From an uncultured Acidobacteriota bacterium (GTDB lineage: Bacteria > Acidobacteriota > Thermoanaerobaculia > UBA5066 > Gp7-AA6), in NCBI GenBank assembly GCA_963708395.1, contig CAVPSG010000002.1:901100-965099 (forward strand): a stretch of 64,000 nt of DNA. Direction: 5' to 3'. The notes under the pieces were generated by a model that did no database searches, had not been told where the DNA came from, and saw nothing but the letters and a program-made list of their open reading frames with translations. The translations under genes were made by a program, and so were the position numbers. This document shows positions 21,331 through 30,656 of the stretch, in pieces. Every line of letters begins with the position of its first letter. Position 1 is the stretch's first letter.

Positions 21331-21729
21331 ATGGAATCCCCCTCCGTGCGCGCACAGGATCTGATCGTCGTCGTGACCTCGGTCGGCACCGAGGATCAGG
21401 CGCTTGACATCGCCCACGCCCTCGTGCGCAACCGGCAGGCGGCGTGCGTGAACCTGATTCCCAACGTGCACTCGATCTACCGGTGGAAGGGCCGCGTCTG
21501 TGATGACAGCGAGTTCCTTCTGCTCGTCAAGACGACGGGCAAGGAGTTCGCCGGCGTGAAGCAGACGATCCAGCAGATCAACACCTACGAGCTGCCAGAG
21601 ATCCTGGCGTACCGCGTGGACGAAGCCTCGGATGGCTTCGCGTCCTGGATCGCGAAGACCACGATGCATTCGAAGACGAAGGTCCCCGTCCGAAAGAAGG
21701 CGTCCCCCCGCCGCGTCGCCGCGAGCTGA
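21331..21729 (+). CDS. cutA: Divalent-cation tolerance protein CutA
   Basis: LIVVVTSVGTEDQALDIAHALVRNRQAACVNLIPNVHSIYRWKGRVCDDSEFLLLVKTT...YELPEILAY is the canonical CutA1 pattern. Confidence 0.9.
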   Translation: MESPSVRAQDLIVVVTSVGTEDQALDIAHALVRNRQAACVNLIPNVHSIYRWKGRVCDDSEFLLLVKTTGKEFAGVKQTIQQINTYELPEILAYRVDEASDGFASWIAKTTMHSKTKVPVRKKASPRRVAAS

Positions 21730-21760
21730 CCGCGCCCGCGGGGGGCGCTCGGACACCCTC

Positions 21761-23137
21761 ATGATCGCCTTCGCCTCCCTCTTTCTCGGCCTCATCGTCG
21801 GCACCCGGCCGGTCACGGTTGTCGTGGGCGCGCCCGTGGCTTCCGTCGTCTTCCAGCTCGACGGGCAGGAGGTCGGCAAGCTCTCGAAGGCGCCCTGGAC
21901 GCTCGGCGTCGACTTCGGATCGGAGTTCTCTCCGCACGAGCTCGTGGCCCGGGCGTTCGACGATCAGGGCGGCGAGATCGGCATGACGCGCCAGTGGGTG
22001 AACCTCCCGCGGCCGCCGGCCGAAGTGGAGGTGGTGCTCGAGCGCGACGCGCAGGGCCGAGCCGTCGCCGCCCACCTGACGTGGCAGAGCGTGCTCGGCG
22101 CGAAGCCGACGAAAGTCGCGGTCACCTTCGACGGCAAGCCCCTCGCTCTCGACGCGTCCCAGCGCGTGGCGCTCCCGGCCTACGACCCCGCGTCGCTCCA
22201 CGTGCTCACCGCCTCGCTGGAGTATCCCAACGACGTGCGGACCCGCAGCGACCGCGTGATCGGCGGCGGCTCGGCGAGCGAGGCAAAAACCGAGCTGACC
22301 GCCGTGCCCGTCGTGACGAAGAAGACCCGGGCGCCGAAGGTCGAGACCCTGCGCGGGCGATTCCGAAAGAAGGATGGCGAGACGCTCGAAGTCGCCGCGG
22401 TCGAGCATGGCCCGGCCGAGGTCCTCGTCGTTCGCGACCTCGACTCGAAAGAGGCGCAGCGCGCTCTGCGGCGCATCACGGGCAATCGGCCCTCCGCGGC
22501 GGGGTTCACGGGAACGACCCGCGATCCCGGTTACGGAGCGGAACGGATGACCCTCGATCCGGACGACCGCCTCCGCATTCTCTGGCCGGTGGCGAGCCAG
22601 GTCGTCGATTCGGGGATTTCCAACGAGCTCTTCGAAAGCTCGCATGCTTTCGCGGGGTGGATGAGCGATTTCCGGTTCCTGTTGACGCGCGTGGACTATC
22701 CCGGAAACGCGGAGCGTCCGCGCCGCTTCGCCGACGCCGTCGCCCTGGCGGGTTTGCGCGCTTTCGGCGGCTACTCGCGGCGCGCGGTAGTTCTGGTGCT
22801 CGCCAGCGATCCGGCCGACGAGAGCCTGTACAAGCCGGCGGCCGTGCGGCGGTATCTCGAGCTCCTGCGGGTGCCGCTCTTCGTCTGGAGCTTCTCGCCG
22901 ATGGAAAAGCGGCCCCGCGCGTTCGCCGACTGGGGGGAGATCGCGGACATCTCGACGGTGACCGGCCTCGAGCACGCCGTCGAGAAGGTGCACGACGAGC
23001 TCGAGCACCAGTCGATCGTGTGGCTCGAGGGGCGGCACCTTCCGCAGGACATCGAGCTCACGGCAGGCGGAGATGGCATGACACTGGTCGCTGTTCTGCA
23101 ACATTCGGTCGCGGCGCGAGGAGTCTCCGCGAAGTAG
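21761..23137 (+). CDS. Hypothetical protein related to VWFA-type proteins (shared N-terminal domain, degenerate VWA-like C-terminus)
   Basis: ATG 21761. The N-terminal FQLDGQEVGKLSKAPWTLGVDFG parallels FFVDGRKVGAVSAPPWEVDWPAG of 16664..17830. The C-terminal part (AVVLVLASDPADESLY...) lacks a clear MIDAS motif. Confidence 0.6.
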   Translation: MIAFASLFLGLIVGTRPVTVVVGAPVASVVFQLDGQEVGKLSKAPWTLGVDFGSEFSPHELVARAFDDQGGEIGMTRQWVNLPRPPAEVEVVLERDAQGRAVAAHLTWQSVLGAKPTKVAVTFDGKPLALDASQRVALPAYDPASLHVLTASLEYPNDVRTRSDRVIGGGSASEAKTELTAVPVVTKKTRAPKVETLRGRFRKKDGETLEVAAVEHGPAEVLVVRDLDSKEAQRALRRITGNRPSAAGFTGTTRDPGYGAERMTLDPDDRLRILWPVASQVVDSGISNELFESSHAFAGWMSDFRFLLTRVDYPGNAERPRRFADAVALAGLRAFGGYSRRAVVLVLASDPADESLYKPAAVRRYLELLRVPLFVWSFSPMEKRPRAFADWGEIADISTVTGLEHAVEKVHDELEHQSIVWLEGRHLPQDIELTAGGDGMTLVAVLQHSVAARGVSAK

Positions 23138-23606
23138 GGGCGGCCCTCGCGGCCGCCCGTCAGGCCGGGCGGGGACAAGCCCCGCCCCTACGGGCGGATG
23201 GATTGTTGGGGGCGGCCCTCGCGGCCGCCCGTCAGGCCGGGCGGGGACAAGCCCCGCCCCTACGGGCGGATGGATTGTTGGGGGCGGCCCTCGCGGCCGC
23301 CCGTCAGGCCGGGCGGGGACAAGCCCCGCCCCTACGGGCGGATGGATTGTTGGGGGCGGCCCTCGCGGCCGCCCGTCAGGCCGGGCGGGGACAAGCCCCG
23401 CCCCTACGGGCGGATGGATTGTTGGGGGCGGCCCTCGCGGCCGCCCGTCGACGCTTGGCGGGGACAAGCCCCGCCGCTACGGGATGGATGGATTGTTGGG
23501 GCCGGCCCTGGCGGCCGCCCGTTGACGCCGGGCGGGGACAAGCCCCGCCGCTACGGGATGGATGGATCGTAGGGGCGGCCCTCGCGGCCGCCCGTCAGGC
23601 CGTCAT
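23135..23606. repeat. Tandem array of a 72-74 bp GC-rich double-hairpin unit, 6 full copies plus 1 truncated (REP/BIME-like)
   Basis: Units start at 23137, 23209, 23281, 23353 (these four identical), 23425, 23499 and 23572 (truncated). Each unit has GGGCGGCC-ctcgc-GGCCGCCC and GGCGGGG-acaag-CCCCGCC stems. The outer GTAGGGGCGG / CCGCCCCTAC are also complementary. Confidence 0.9.
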
Positions 23607-23629
23607 CCAAGCGACGTCGCGAGCGACGG

Positions 23630-23926
23630 TCATCCGCCCGCCATCGCGCCGACGATCAGGAACGGTTCGGCTCCGATCACGACGGCCTCGGGCAGCGCCG
23701 CGTCCGGCGGATCGAGGGAGAGATCCTCCTGGCAGGCGAAAAAACGGATGAACGGCCGGCGCTCGCGCGTCGCGTGGTCGCGGATCGTGCCGCGGAGCAT
23801 CGGATAGCGCACCTCGAGCGCGTCGAGGATCGTCTGGCGGGTGACCGGGTCGGCGACCTCCAGGCTCACCTCGCCCGGGACGCGCGCGAGCGTGCGCAGG
23901 TGCGTCGGCAGGACGACGCGGATCAC
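23630..23926 (-). CDS. MoaD/ThiS-like beta-grasp (ubiquitin-like) protein ending in Gly-Gly
   Basis: 98 aa: (V)[23 protein letters not shown]...[14 protein letters not shown]...[13 protein letters not shown]-stop. The start GTG 23926 overlaps the TGA of the upstream propeller gene (GTGA). Confidence 0.7.
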   Translation of the reverse strand: MIRVVLPTHLRTLARVPGEVSLEVADPVTRQTILDALEVRYPMLRGTIRDHATRERRPFIRFFACQEDLSLDPPDAALPEAVVIGAEPFLIVGAMAGG

Positions 23927-25039
23927 GGCAGCGTCTGGACCTCGACGGACAGGACCGCGGGCAGGTCGCGCACGATCGGCGCCCAGTTGTCGCCGGCGTC
24001 GGCGGACGCGTACACCTGGCCGCCCGTCGTTCCGAAGTACACGCCGCAGTCGTCGAGCGCGTCCACGGCCATCGCGTCGCGGAGCACGTTGACGTAGCAG
24101 TCCTTCTGCGGCAGGCCTTTCGTCAGAGCCTCCCACTCGTTGCCGCCCGAGCGGCTGCGGTACACACGGAGCTTGCCGTCCGGCGGGTAGTGCTCCGAGT
24201 CGCTCTTGATGGGGACGACGTAGACCGTCTCCGGTTCGTGCGCGTGGACGTCGATGACGAACCCGAAGTCGGTCGGCAGGTTGCCGCTCACCTCGCGCCA
24301 GGAGTCTCCGCCGTCGTCGCTTCGCAGCACGTCCCAGTGCTTCTGCATGAAGAGGACGTCCGGCCGCGACGGGTGCATCGCGACGTGGTGGACGCAGTGG
24401 CCGACCTCGGCCTTGGGGTCGGGCAGCTCGTAGCGCGACTCGAGCCCCTTCGTCGCGACGCGCCAGGACTTCCCGCCGTCCTCGCTGCGAAACGCGCCGC
24501 CGGCCGAGATCGCGACGAAGATGCGCTTCGGGTCCTTCGGGTCGAGGAGAATCGTGTGGAGGCACATTCCGCCGGCGCCGGGCTGCCAGAGGTCGCCTTT
24601 GACGCTCCTCAGGGCCGGCGAGCTCCTGCCACGTCTGCGCGCCGTCCGTCGTTTTGAAGAGCGCCGCATCCTCGATGCCCGCAAAGACGGTGTCCGGATC
24701 CTCGTGCGACGGCTCCAGGTGCCAGACGCGCGTGAACTTCCACGGCTTCTGGCTGCCGTCGTAGTGCTTGTGCGTCCCCGGGTCGCCGACGTATTCGAAC
24801 TTGTTGCCGACGGTCTCCCACGTCTTCCCGGCGTCCTTCGACCGCTGGATCACCTGGCCGAACCAGCCGCTCGTCTGCGAGGCGTAGAGGCGGTTCGGAT
24901 CGGCGGGCGATCCCTTGAGGTGGTAGATCTCCCAGCCCGCGAAGTGCGGGCCCGAAACGTCCCATTTCTGGCGCTTGCCGTCGGACTCGAGAACGAACGC
25001 GCCCTTCTTCGTGCCGACGAGAACCCGTACTCCGCTCAT
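23923..25039 (-). CDS. BNR/Asp-box repeat beta-propeller protein (sialidase-/Ycf48-like fold). One frameshift near 24612.
   Basis: Six Asp-boxes are read: [57 protein letters not shown] 25039 is preceded by GAGGAGGAG. The frame switches at a GCCGGCCCTGAGG stretch. Confidence 0.8.
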
Positions 25040-25076
25040 CGCTCCTCCTCGGGCCCGCCAGAATATCAATGCAGAG

Positions 25077-25976
25077 TCAACGGGGCGTGGCGAAATCCTG
25101 CACCCAGACGATCTCGTAGCCGCGATCGTTCTTGCCGAAGGCGACGCCCATGCCGATCTCGCGCAGGGTCAGCGACAGGATGTGATCGCGGTGCTTCGGG
25201 CTCTTCATCCAGCCGTCGAAGACCTCGGCCACGGTGGCCTGCCCCTCGCCGATGTTCTCGCCGACGGCCGCGGCGGGGTAGCCGACGCTCCGGACGCGCT
25301 CCATGACGGTCGCGCCGTCCGGGCTGTCGTGCGCGTAGTAGGAGCGGCGGATCATGTCCTCGGCGTGGTTCTGCGCCGCTGCGTCGAGGGAGGGATTCTC
25401 GAGGAGCGGCGGCAGCCTCTTCGCGGCGCGCGCCCCGTTGACGCGCGAGAGCATTTCGGCGCGGACGGCGCGCAGATCGCCGAGCGCGGCCGCGCGCCCC
25501 GTGAACTCTCCGGAGAGCGACAGGCCGAAGACGAGCGTGCGGACGGTTCCGGAGTTCCCCTCCGCCCGCCCGAAGCCGAGATCCTGATATTCCGGCGCGA
25601 CGACGTCGGCGAACGTCTCGGGATCCGAATCCTGTAGCCGCGCGAGGCGCGCCGAGAGATCGCCGTCGCCGATCAGGACGATCTCGGCGACGCGGCGATG
25701 TCCGTAGCCCGCGGCCGTGACGCGCTTGCCGATGTCCTTGCCGGCGGCGTCGGCGTCGTCCACCGTCCGGGCGCTGGCGACGCGCTCCGCGGAGGCCTGC
25801 GCCACGCGATCGAGGGTGGCGTTCCCGGACAGCGGCGCGGCGCCCGCCTTCGCGCGCGCGGCGTTGACGGCGCGGAGAGCCAGAGAGCCCGAATCCGGAG
25901 TCGGCGCCGGGACCGGCGAAGCAGTCGGAAGCGCCGAGAGCGCGGCGAAAGCGAGTGCGGAAGCTGCGGGGATCAC
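25077..25976 (-). CDS. Secreted protein with two CAP/SCP (YkwD-like) domains. The start is uncertain.
   Basis: The C-terminal half ([23 protein letters not shown]...GENIGEG...[12 protein letters not shown]...GMGVAF) is a typical CAP domain, and a weaker copy lies upstream. GTG 25976 was chosen because ATG 26168 would overlap the divergent gene and its SD. Confidence 0.7.
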   Translation of the reverse strand: MIPAASALAFAALSALPTASPVPAPTPDSGSLALRAVNAARAKAGAAPLSGNATLDRVAQASAERVASARTVDDADAAGKDIGKRVTAAGYGHRRVAEIVLIGDGDLSARLARLQDSDPETFADVVAPEYQDLGFGRAEGNSGTVRTLVFGLSLSGEFTGRAAALGDLRAVRAEMLSRVNGARAAKRLPPLLENPSLDAAAQNHAEDMIRRSYYAHDSPDGATVMERVRSVGYPAAAVGENIGEGQATVAEVFDGWMKSPKHRDHILSLTLREIGMGVAFGKNDRGYEIVWVQDFATPR

Positions 25977-26052
25977 GGCGGCGAATCTATCGCGGGCCGA
26001 AGCGCTGGCCCCGACGGTTCGGCGGTGGTATGAGTGCTCGAGGAGGAATTTC

Positions 26053-27579
26053 GTGTCGATCGCTGGAAACGAGGATCTCTCCGTGACCGATCGCGCGACG
26101 GAGGCGTCCGCCGCGCGGCCGTGGAGGCAGGCGGGATGGAGCGCTTGGCCAATCGTCGGCGGGCTCACGACGCTCGGCGCCGTCCTTCGCGGATATCACC
26201 TCGGGAGCAAATCGCTCTGGTACGACGAGGCCGTGCAGTACTGGATCTCCTCGGAGCCCTTTCAGGATCTCGTGGCGAGCAACGAGGCCCGCAACAGCGC
26301 GCCGCCGCTCTTCTCGATGCTCCTGCGGCTCGTCATCCTCGGGTTCGGAGATTCCGAGGCGGTTCTGCGTTCGCTTTCGTGGCTCGGCGGAACGGCCGCC
26401 ATTCCTGCCATCTACCTCCTGGCCCGAAGGTTTCTCGATCGCGTTCCGGCGTACTTCGTCGCAATGATGGTGGCGGTTTCGCCGATGCAAGTCCGCTACT
26501 CGCAGCAGGTGCGGGAGTACTCCCTGACGTTTCTTCTGGCCGCCGTGATCCTGATCTGTTGCCATTCGTTCTGGAGGAAGCCGGACATCCGGCGGTCGGC
26601 CGCGGTGGCAGCGGCCTTCATTGCCGGCGCCTTTCTCCAGTACGGACTGAGCGTCCTGGCGGGCGGCCTCTTCCTCGTTCTCGGCGCGACGGCGTTGCGC
26701 CGGACGCCCGACCGCGGAAGGCGCGTCACCCAGTTGACGGGAATTCTCCTCGTGTGGGCGGCGGCGCTGATCGCCGTCTACTTCCTCTCCGCGCGCGAGC
26801 AATCGCGCGCTGTCGGGTCGGTTTCCGACGCCCTGACCGGCTACCTGCGCGCAGGCTTCTGGTCGGGCTCGCTCCCGTCGCTGCCGGGCTTCGTGGTCCG
26901 GAACACGTTCTCTCTGATCGAGGCGACCTTTCCCGCCGACCTGTTTCTCCTGCTTTTCGTCGTGGGCTTCCTCGTCGTCCTTCGATCTCGAAACGATCGC
27001 TTCCCATTGCTCGGTCTGCTCGTCCCGACGGCGGTGGTCTTCCTGCTCGGATGCACGGTGCTGTACCCGTACGGCGGCGGCCGCCAGGACATCTTTCTGA
27101 TGCCGATGATCTTCGTCACGGCAGGGTTCGGCGTCTGGTTTCTCTTCGACGCGCCCGGGCGCCGAGGGATCGCGGCGTTCGTCGCGGCGGTCCTGCTGCT
27201 CGGCGGCTTGCGCGAGACGCGCCGTTACCTGATCGAGTCGGGAACGGAGGAGCTGCGGCCGCTCGTCCGGAAGATGAAGGCCGCCTGGCAGGCCGGCGAT
27301 CGCGTCTATGTCTACGCCCGCTCCGTGCCCGCATTTCGATATTACGACCGGGGCGGCGGTTCGGGGCCGGTCATTCTCGGCCGGAAGCTCGACGACCGCG
27401 AAGCCCTCGGCCGCGAGATTCACGCGGCCGCCGCGGAGCCGGGCCGGCTCTGGGTCGTGTTCTCTCATTGCGGCTCCGGCGGATGCGACCTCGTGCACGA
27501 GCTCCTCGCGCGGGAACGCCCGATCGAGAAGGTGTCGGGCGACGACACCGCGTGGCTCGGCCTCGCGGCGGCCCTCTAG
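26053..27579 (+). CDS. Polytopic membrane protein, GT-C fold (GT39/ArnT-like) glycosyltransferase candidate; paralogue of 8116..9621
   Basis: GTG 26053 lies 6 nt after AGGAGG. It has SLWYDEAVQYW, many TM segments, and the shared C-terminal soluble domain. Confidence 0.6.
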   Translation: MSIAGNEDLSVTDRATEASAARPWRQAGWSAWPIVGGLTTLGAVLRGYHLGSKSLWYDEAVQYWISSEPFQDLVASNEARNSAPPLFSMLLRLVILGFGDSEAVLRSLSWLGGTAAIPAIYLLARRFLDRVPAYFVAMMVAVSPMQVRYSQQVREYSLTFLLAAVILICCHSFWRKPDIRRSAAVAAAFIAGAFLQYGLSVLAGGLFLVLGATALRRTPDRGRRVTQLTGILLVWAAALIAVYFLSAREQSRAVGSVSDALTGYLRAGFWSGSLPSLPGFVVRNTFSLIEATFPADLFLLLFVVGFLVVLRSRNDRFPLLGLLVPTAVVFLLGCTVLYPYGGGRQDIFLMPMIFVTAGFGVWFLFDAPGRRGIAAFVAAVLLLGGLRETRRYLIESGTEELRPLVRKMKAAWQAGDRVYVYARSVPAFRYYDRGGGSGPVILGRKLDDREALGREIHAAAAEPGRLWVVFSHCGSGGCDLVHELLARERPIEKVSGDDTAWLGLAAAL

Positions 27580-27594
27580 AGCCGGCTCGCCCTA

Positions 27595-27714
27595 CGCCGG
27601 GGGCGGGGTCAGGCCTGAGTTGTTGACTTGTTGGTGTCCGCCGGGGGCGGGGTCAGTCCTGTATCGAATCGGGGTCAGGCGTGAACTCTTGAACTTTTGC
27701 GCATGCAGTTCAAG
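27595..27714. repeat. Short direct repeats and hairpins in a convergent intergenic region
   Basis: CGCCGGGGGCGGGGTCAGGCCTG (27595-27617) and CGCCGGGGGCGGGGTCAGTCCTG (27639-27661) match at 22 of 23 positions. There is a partial third copy at 27670-27684. The inverted repeat CTTGAACT/AGTTCAAG lies at 27688-27695 and 27707-27714. Confidence 0.7.
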
Positions 27715-27866
27715 AAATCTCGACTGCCGGGATTCGGGTCGCCGGCGGGGCAGAGGTACCTGCCCCCGCTCACTGGTCCAGTCAATATGACACTTTCGCG
27801 GCATTTGGGAGCGTCGCCTGAATTTCCGCGCCGTGGCAGCCGGCCGAGCGAGCGCCGATCTCTCAC

Positions 27867-29007
27867 CTACGCCGCGGCGAGCGCCTGCTCGAGATCGGCG
27901 ATCAAGTCCTCGACGTCCTCGATGCCGACCGAGATGCGCACGAGCCCCGGCGTGACGCCCAGGCGATTGCGCTCGGCCTCGGGAATCGACCCGTGGGTCA
28001 TCGTCGCCGGATGCGAGATCAGGGTCTCGACGCCGCCGAGGCTCTCGCCGAGCGAGCAGAGCTTCAACTTCGCGAGGAACGCGCCGGCCTTCTCGAACGA
28101 TCCGAGGTCGAAGGAGATCATCGCCCCGAATCCCTTCATCTGCTTCTGCGCGAGGGCGTACTGCGGGTGATCGGGCAGGCCCGGGTAGTTGACCTTGCAG
28201 ATCTTCTTCTGCTTCGCGAGCCAGGCGGCGACCGCGCGGCCGTTCGACTCGTGCCGCTCCATCCGCACGACGAGCGTCTTGATTCCGCGCAGGACGAGCC
28301 AGGAATCGAAGGGCGAGAGGATCCCGCCCGAGCTGTTCTGCACGAACGAGAGCCACTCCACGTGGTCCGGCTTCTTCGCGACCGCGATGCCGCCGATCGA
28401 GTCGGAGTGGCCGTTCAGGAACTTGGTCGTCGAGTGCATGACGATGTCGGCGCCGAGGTCGAGCGGCCGCTGCAGGTACGGCGAGCAGAAGGTGTTGTCC
28501 ACGACGACGATCGCGCCGCTTCTCGTGCGCGAACTCCGACAGCTTCGCGATGTCGCAGAGCCGCAGCGTCGGGTTGGTCGGCGACTCGAGGTGCAGCATC
28601 TTCGTGTTCGGGCGGAAGGCGCGGCGGACCTCCTCGCCGTTCGCCGTGTCCACGAAGGTGAACTCGACGCCGTATCGCGCCAGGATCTTCGTGTAGTAGC
28701 GGTACGTGCCGCCGTAGGTCATGTTGGAGCAGACGACGTGGTCGCCGGCCTTGACGAAGGTCGAGATCGCCGTGATCGCCGCCATGCCGGACGCGAAGGC
28801 GCGCGCGCCCGCGCCGCCTTCGAGCACCGCCATGTTCTCCTCGAGCGCGTGGCGGGTCGGGTTCTGCGTCCGTGCGTACTCGTAGCCCTTGTGCTTGCCG
28901 AGCGCTTCCTGGACGTAGGTCGAGGTCTGGTAGATCGGTACCGAGACAGCGCCCGTCGACGGGTCCGGCTCGTTGCCCGCGTGAATGCAATCGGTCGAGA
29001 AGCCCAT
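27867..29007 (-). CDS. PLP-dependent cystathionine gamma-synthase/gamma-lyase family enzyme (Cys/Met metabolism). One frameshift near 28505.
   Basis: MGFSTDCIHAGNEPDPSTGAVSVPIYQTSTYV...ESPTNPTLRLCDIAKLSEFAHEK, then in another frame VVDNTFCSPYLQRPLDLGADIVMHSTTKFLNGHSD...ETLISHPATMTH. Confidence 0.88.
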
Positions 29008-29021
29008 GGCTCGGTTCACTC

Positions 29022-29963
29022 CTATTCCAGAATTCCCTGTCCCGGATAGCGCTCCGCCCCGTCGGGAAAGAGCGTCACGACGGTCTTGCCGGGGCCGAGT
29101 CGCTTCGCCACCCGGAGCGCGGCCGCTGCGGCGAGGCCCGACGAGCCGCCGGCGAGAAGACCCTCCTCGCGCGCGAGCCGGCGGCAGACGGCGAAGGCCT
29201 CGGCGTCCGGGATCGTGGCGACCTCGTCGATGACGGCGCGGTCCAGGACCTCGGGCAGGAAGGAGAGCCCGACGCCCTCGACCTTGTGATCGCCGAGAGC
29301 GCCTCCGCCGAGGATCGAGCCCTGCGGCTCGACGGCCACGCGAAGAAGTCCGGGGACTCGGTCCGAGAGATAGCGCGCGACGCCGACGAAGGTCCCCGTC
29401 GTCCCGACGCCCGCGACCCAGGCGTCGATCGCATCGCCCAGCGCGCGGGCGATCTCGGGCCCGGTCGTCTCGAAGTGGGCCCTGGGATTGAGGGGGTTGG
29501 CGAACTGGTTGGGGAGGAAGGCTCCGGAGGTCTCGGCGGCGATCGCGCGTGCTCGCTCGATCGCGCCGCTCATTCGGGCGGCGGCGGGCGTGCGCACGAC
29601 CTCGGCGCCGAATCCCGCCATGAGCCTGGCCTTGACCTGGCCGTAGCCCTCCGGCATGACGACGACGCACCGATAACCGCGCGACGCGGCGATCATCGCG
29701 AGCGCGACGCCCGTGTTGCCGGAAGTGGGCTCGACGATCGTGCCGCCCGGCCGGAGCAGCCCGCGGCGCTCGGCGTCGTCGATCATCGCGCGCGCGATCC
29801 GGTCCTTGACGCTGCCGCCGGGGTTGAACCACTCGAGCTTGGCCACGATTCGCGCGGCGCCCCGGGAGAAGCGGGGCAGCTCGACGAGAGGTGTGTTGCC
29901 GATCGCGTCGGAGAGGGACGCCGCCGGTCGGACGGGAGCTGCAGTTTGGGGCGAGGCTCTCAC
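29022..29963 (-). CDS. Cysteine synthase / cystathionine beta-synthase family (PLP, CysK/CysM-like). The start is uncertain.
   Basis: IGNTPLVELP...KLEWFNPGGSVKDRIA...EPTSGNTGVALA...GVGTTGTF...GGSSG are hallmark motifs. GTG 29963 was chosen because ATG 30011 abuts a terminator hairpin. Confidence 0.88.
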   Translation of the reverse strand: MRASPQTAAPVRPAASLSDAIGNTPLVELPRFSRGAARIVAKLEWFNPGGSVKDRIARAMIDDAERRGLLRPGGTIVEPTSGNTGVALAMIAASRGYRCVVVMPEGYGQVKARLMAGFGAEVVRTPAAARMSGAIERARAIAAETSGAFLPNQFANPLNPRAHFETTGPEIARALGDAIDAWVAGVGTTGTFVGVARYLSDRVPGLLRVAVEPQGSILGGGALGDHKVEGVGLSFLPEVLDRAVIDEVATIPDAEAFAVCRRLAREEGLLAGGSSGLAAAAALRVAKRLGPGKTVVTLFPDGAERYPGQGILE

Positions 29964-30017
29964 AGCCGGTTCAAGCTCACGGCGACGCCGTCGCGGCGGC
30001 CGCGCTCGCAAGATAGC

Positions 30018-30045
30018 AAAAAAAAGCCCCGGCGGCGCCGGGGCT
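30018..30045 (-). terminator. Intrinsic terminator after the zinc-ribbon gene
   Basis: The minus strand reads GCCCCGGCGCCGCCGGGGC followed by UUUUUUUU. Confidence 0.8.
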
Positions 30046-30069
30046 TTCCCGAAATCGAAGGAATGGGAA

Positions 30070-30369
30070 TCAGTAGGCCTGCTGTGCGCGGCGTGCCGAG
30101 TAGCACTCGCGGCAATAGACCGGCTTGCCGTTGGTGGGGTTGAACGGGACCTGCGTCTGCTTGCCGCAGCCGTCGCAGGTCACGTCGTAGAAAGTGCGCT
30201 CGCGTCCTTCACCCGAGGCCGCCTTGCGCTTGTCGCGGCACAACTTGCAGCGCTTGGGCTCGTTTGTGAAGCCCTTGCGCGCGTAGAACTCCTGGTCGTC
30301 CGCCGAAAAGAGGAAGGTCGCCCCGCAGTCCACGCAGGTCAGGTTCTTGTCCGTGTATTGCTGCATCAT
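30070..30369 (-). CDS. Small zinc-ribbon protein with two CxxC pairs per half
   Basis: 99 aa: LTCVDCGATFLFSADDQEFYARKGFTNEPKRCKLCR and VTCDGCGKQTQVPFNPTNGKPVYCRECY, an internally duplicated CxxC...CxxC pattern. Confidence 0.8.
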   Translation of the reverse strand: MMQQYTDKNLTCVDCGATFLFSADDQEFYARKGFTNEPKRCKLCRDKRKAASGEGRERTFYDVTCDGCGKQTQVPFNPTNGKPVYCRECYSARRAQQAY

Positions 30370-30656
30370 GAAACTTGCCGATCTCCTGGGTTTTTACCCG
30401 TCCGGGACGCCGGCATGGCGTCCCTTGAAAAAATTGAACAACGATTCGTTTCCACGCGATTACCCGAGCGGTTGCGACGCCTCGCGAAGCCGCTCGAAAA
30501 GATTTCTCTAGGACCGACCCCCTTTCGGAAGCGCGCACGTCTCCCCGCAAGGGCGTACGGAAAGGGGAAGGACAAACATAAGTGTGACGGCTGACTTGTG
30601 CGGGGCTCTCGTAAAGCTGGCGGACGGTAGCATGCACCCTGACGGGGTGCAAGTGG

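Noticed and set aside
23135-23606. CRISPR array interpretation of the tandem repeat.
   Set aside because: There are no unique spacers, because the whole 72-bp unit repeats (four copies are identical). No cas genes are in the window.
21578-23751. Repeat 'proteins' across the 72-bp array (629 aa minus, 585 aa plus, 124 aa plus), with 24-aa periodic peptides.
   Set aside because: The periodicity is a by-product of a 72-nt (3 x 24) DNA repeat that is open in all frames. There are no start contexts, and the flanking parts are antisense to real genes.
26053-26168. ATG 26168 as the start of the CAP-domain gene.
   Set aside because: It would overlap the divergent GT-C gene and its AGGAGG SD by more than 100 nt, and it adds a non-signal-like N-terminus. 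GTG 25976 is preferred, but the start remains uncertain.
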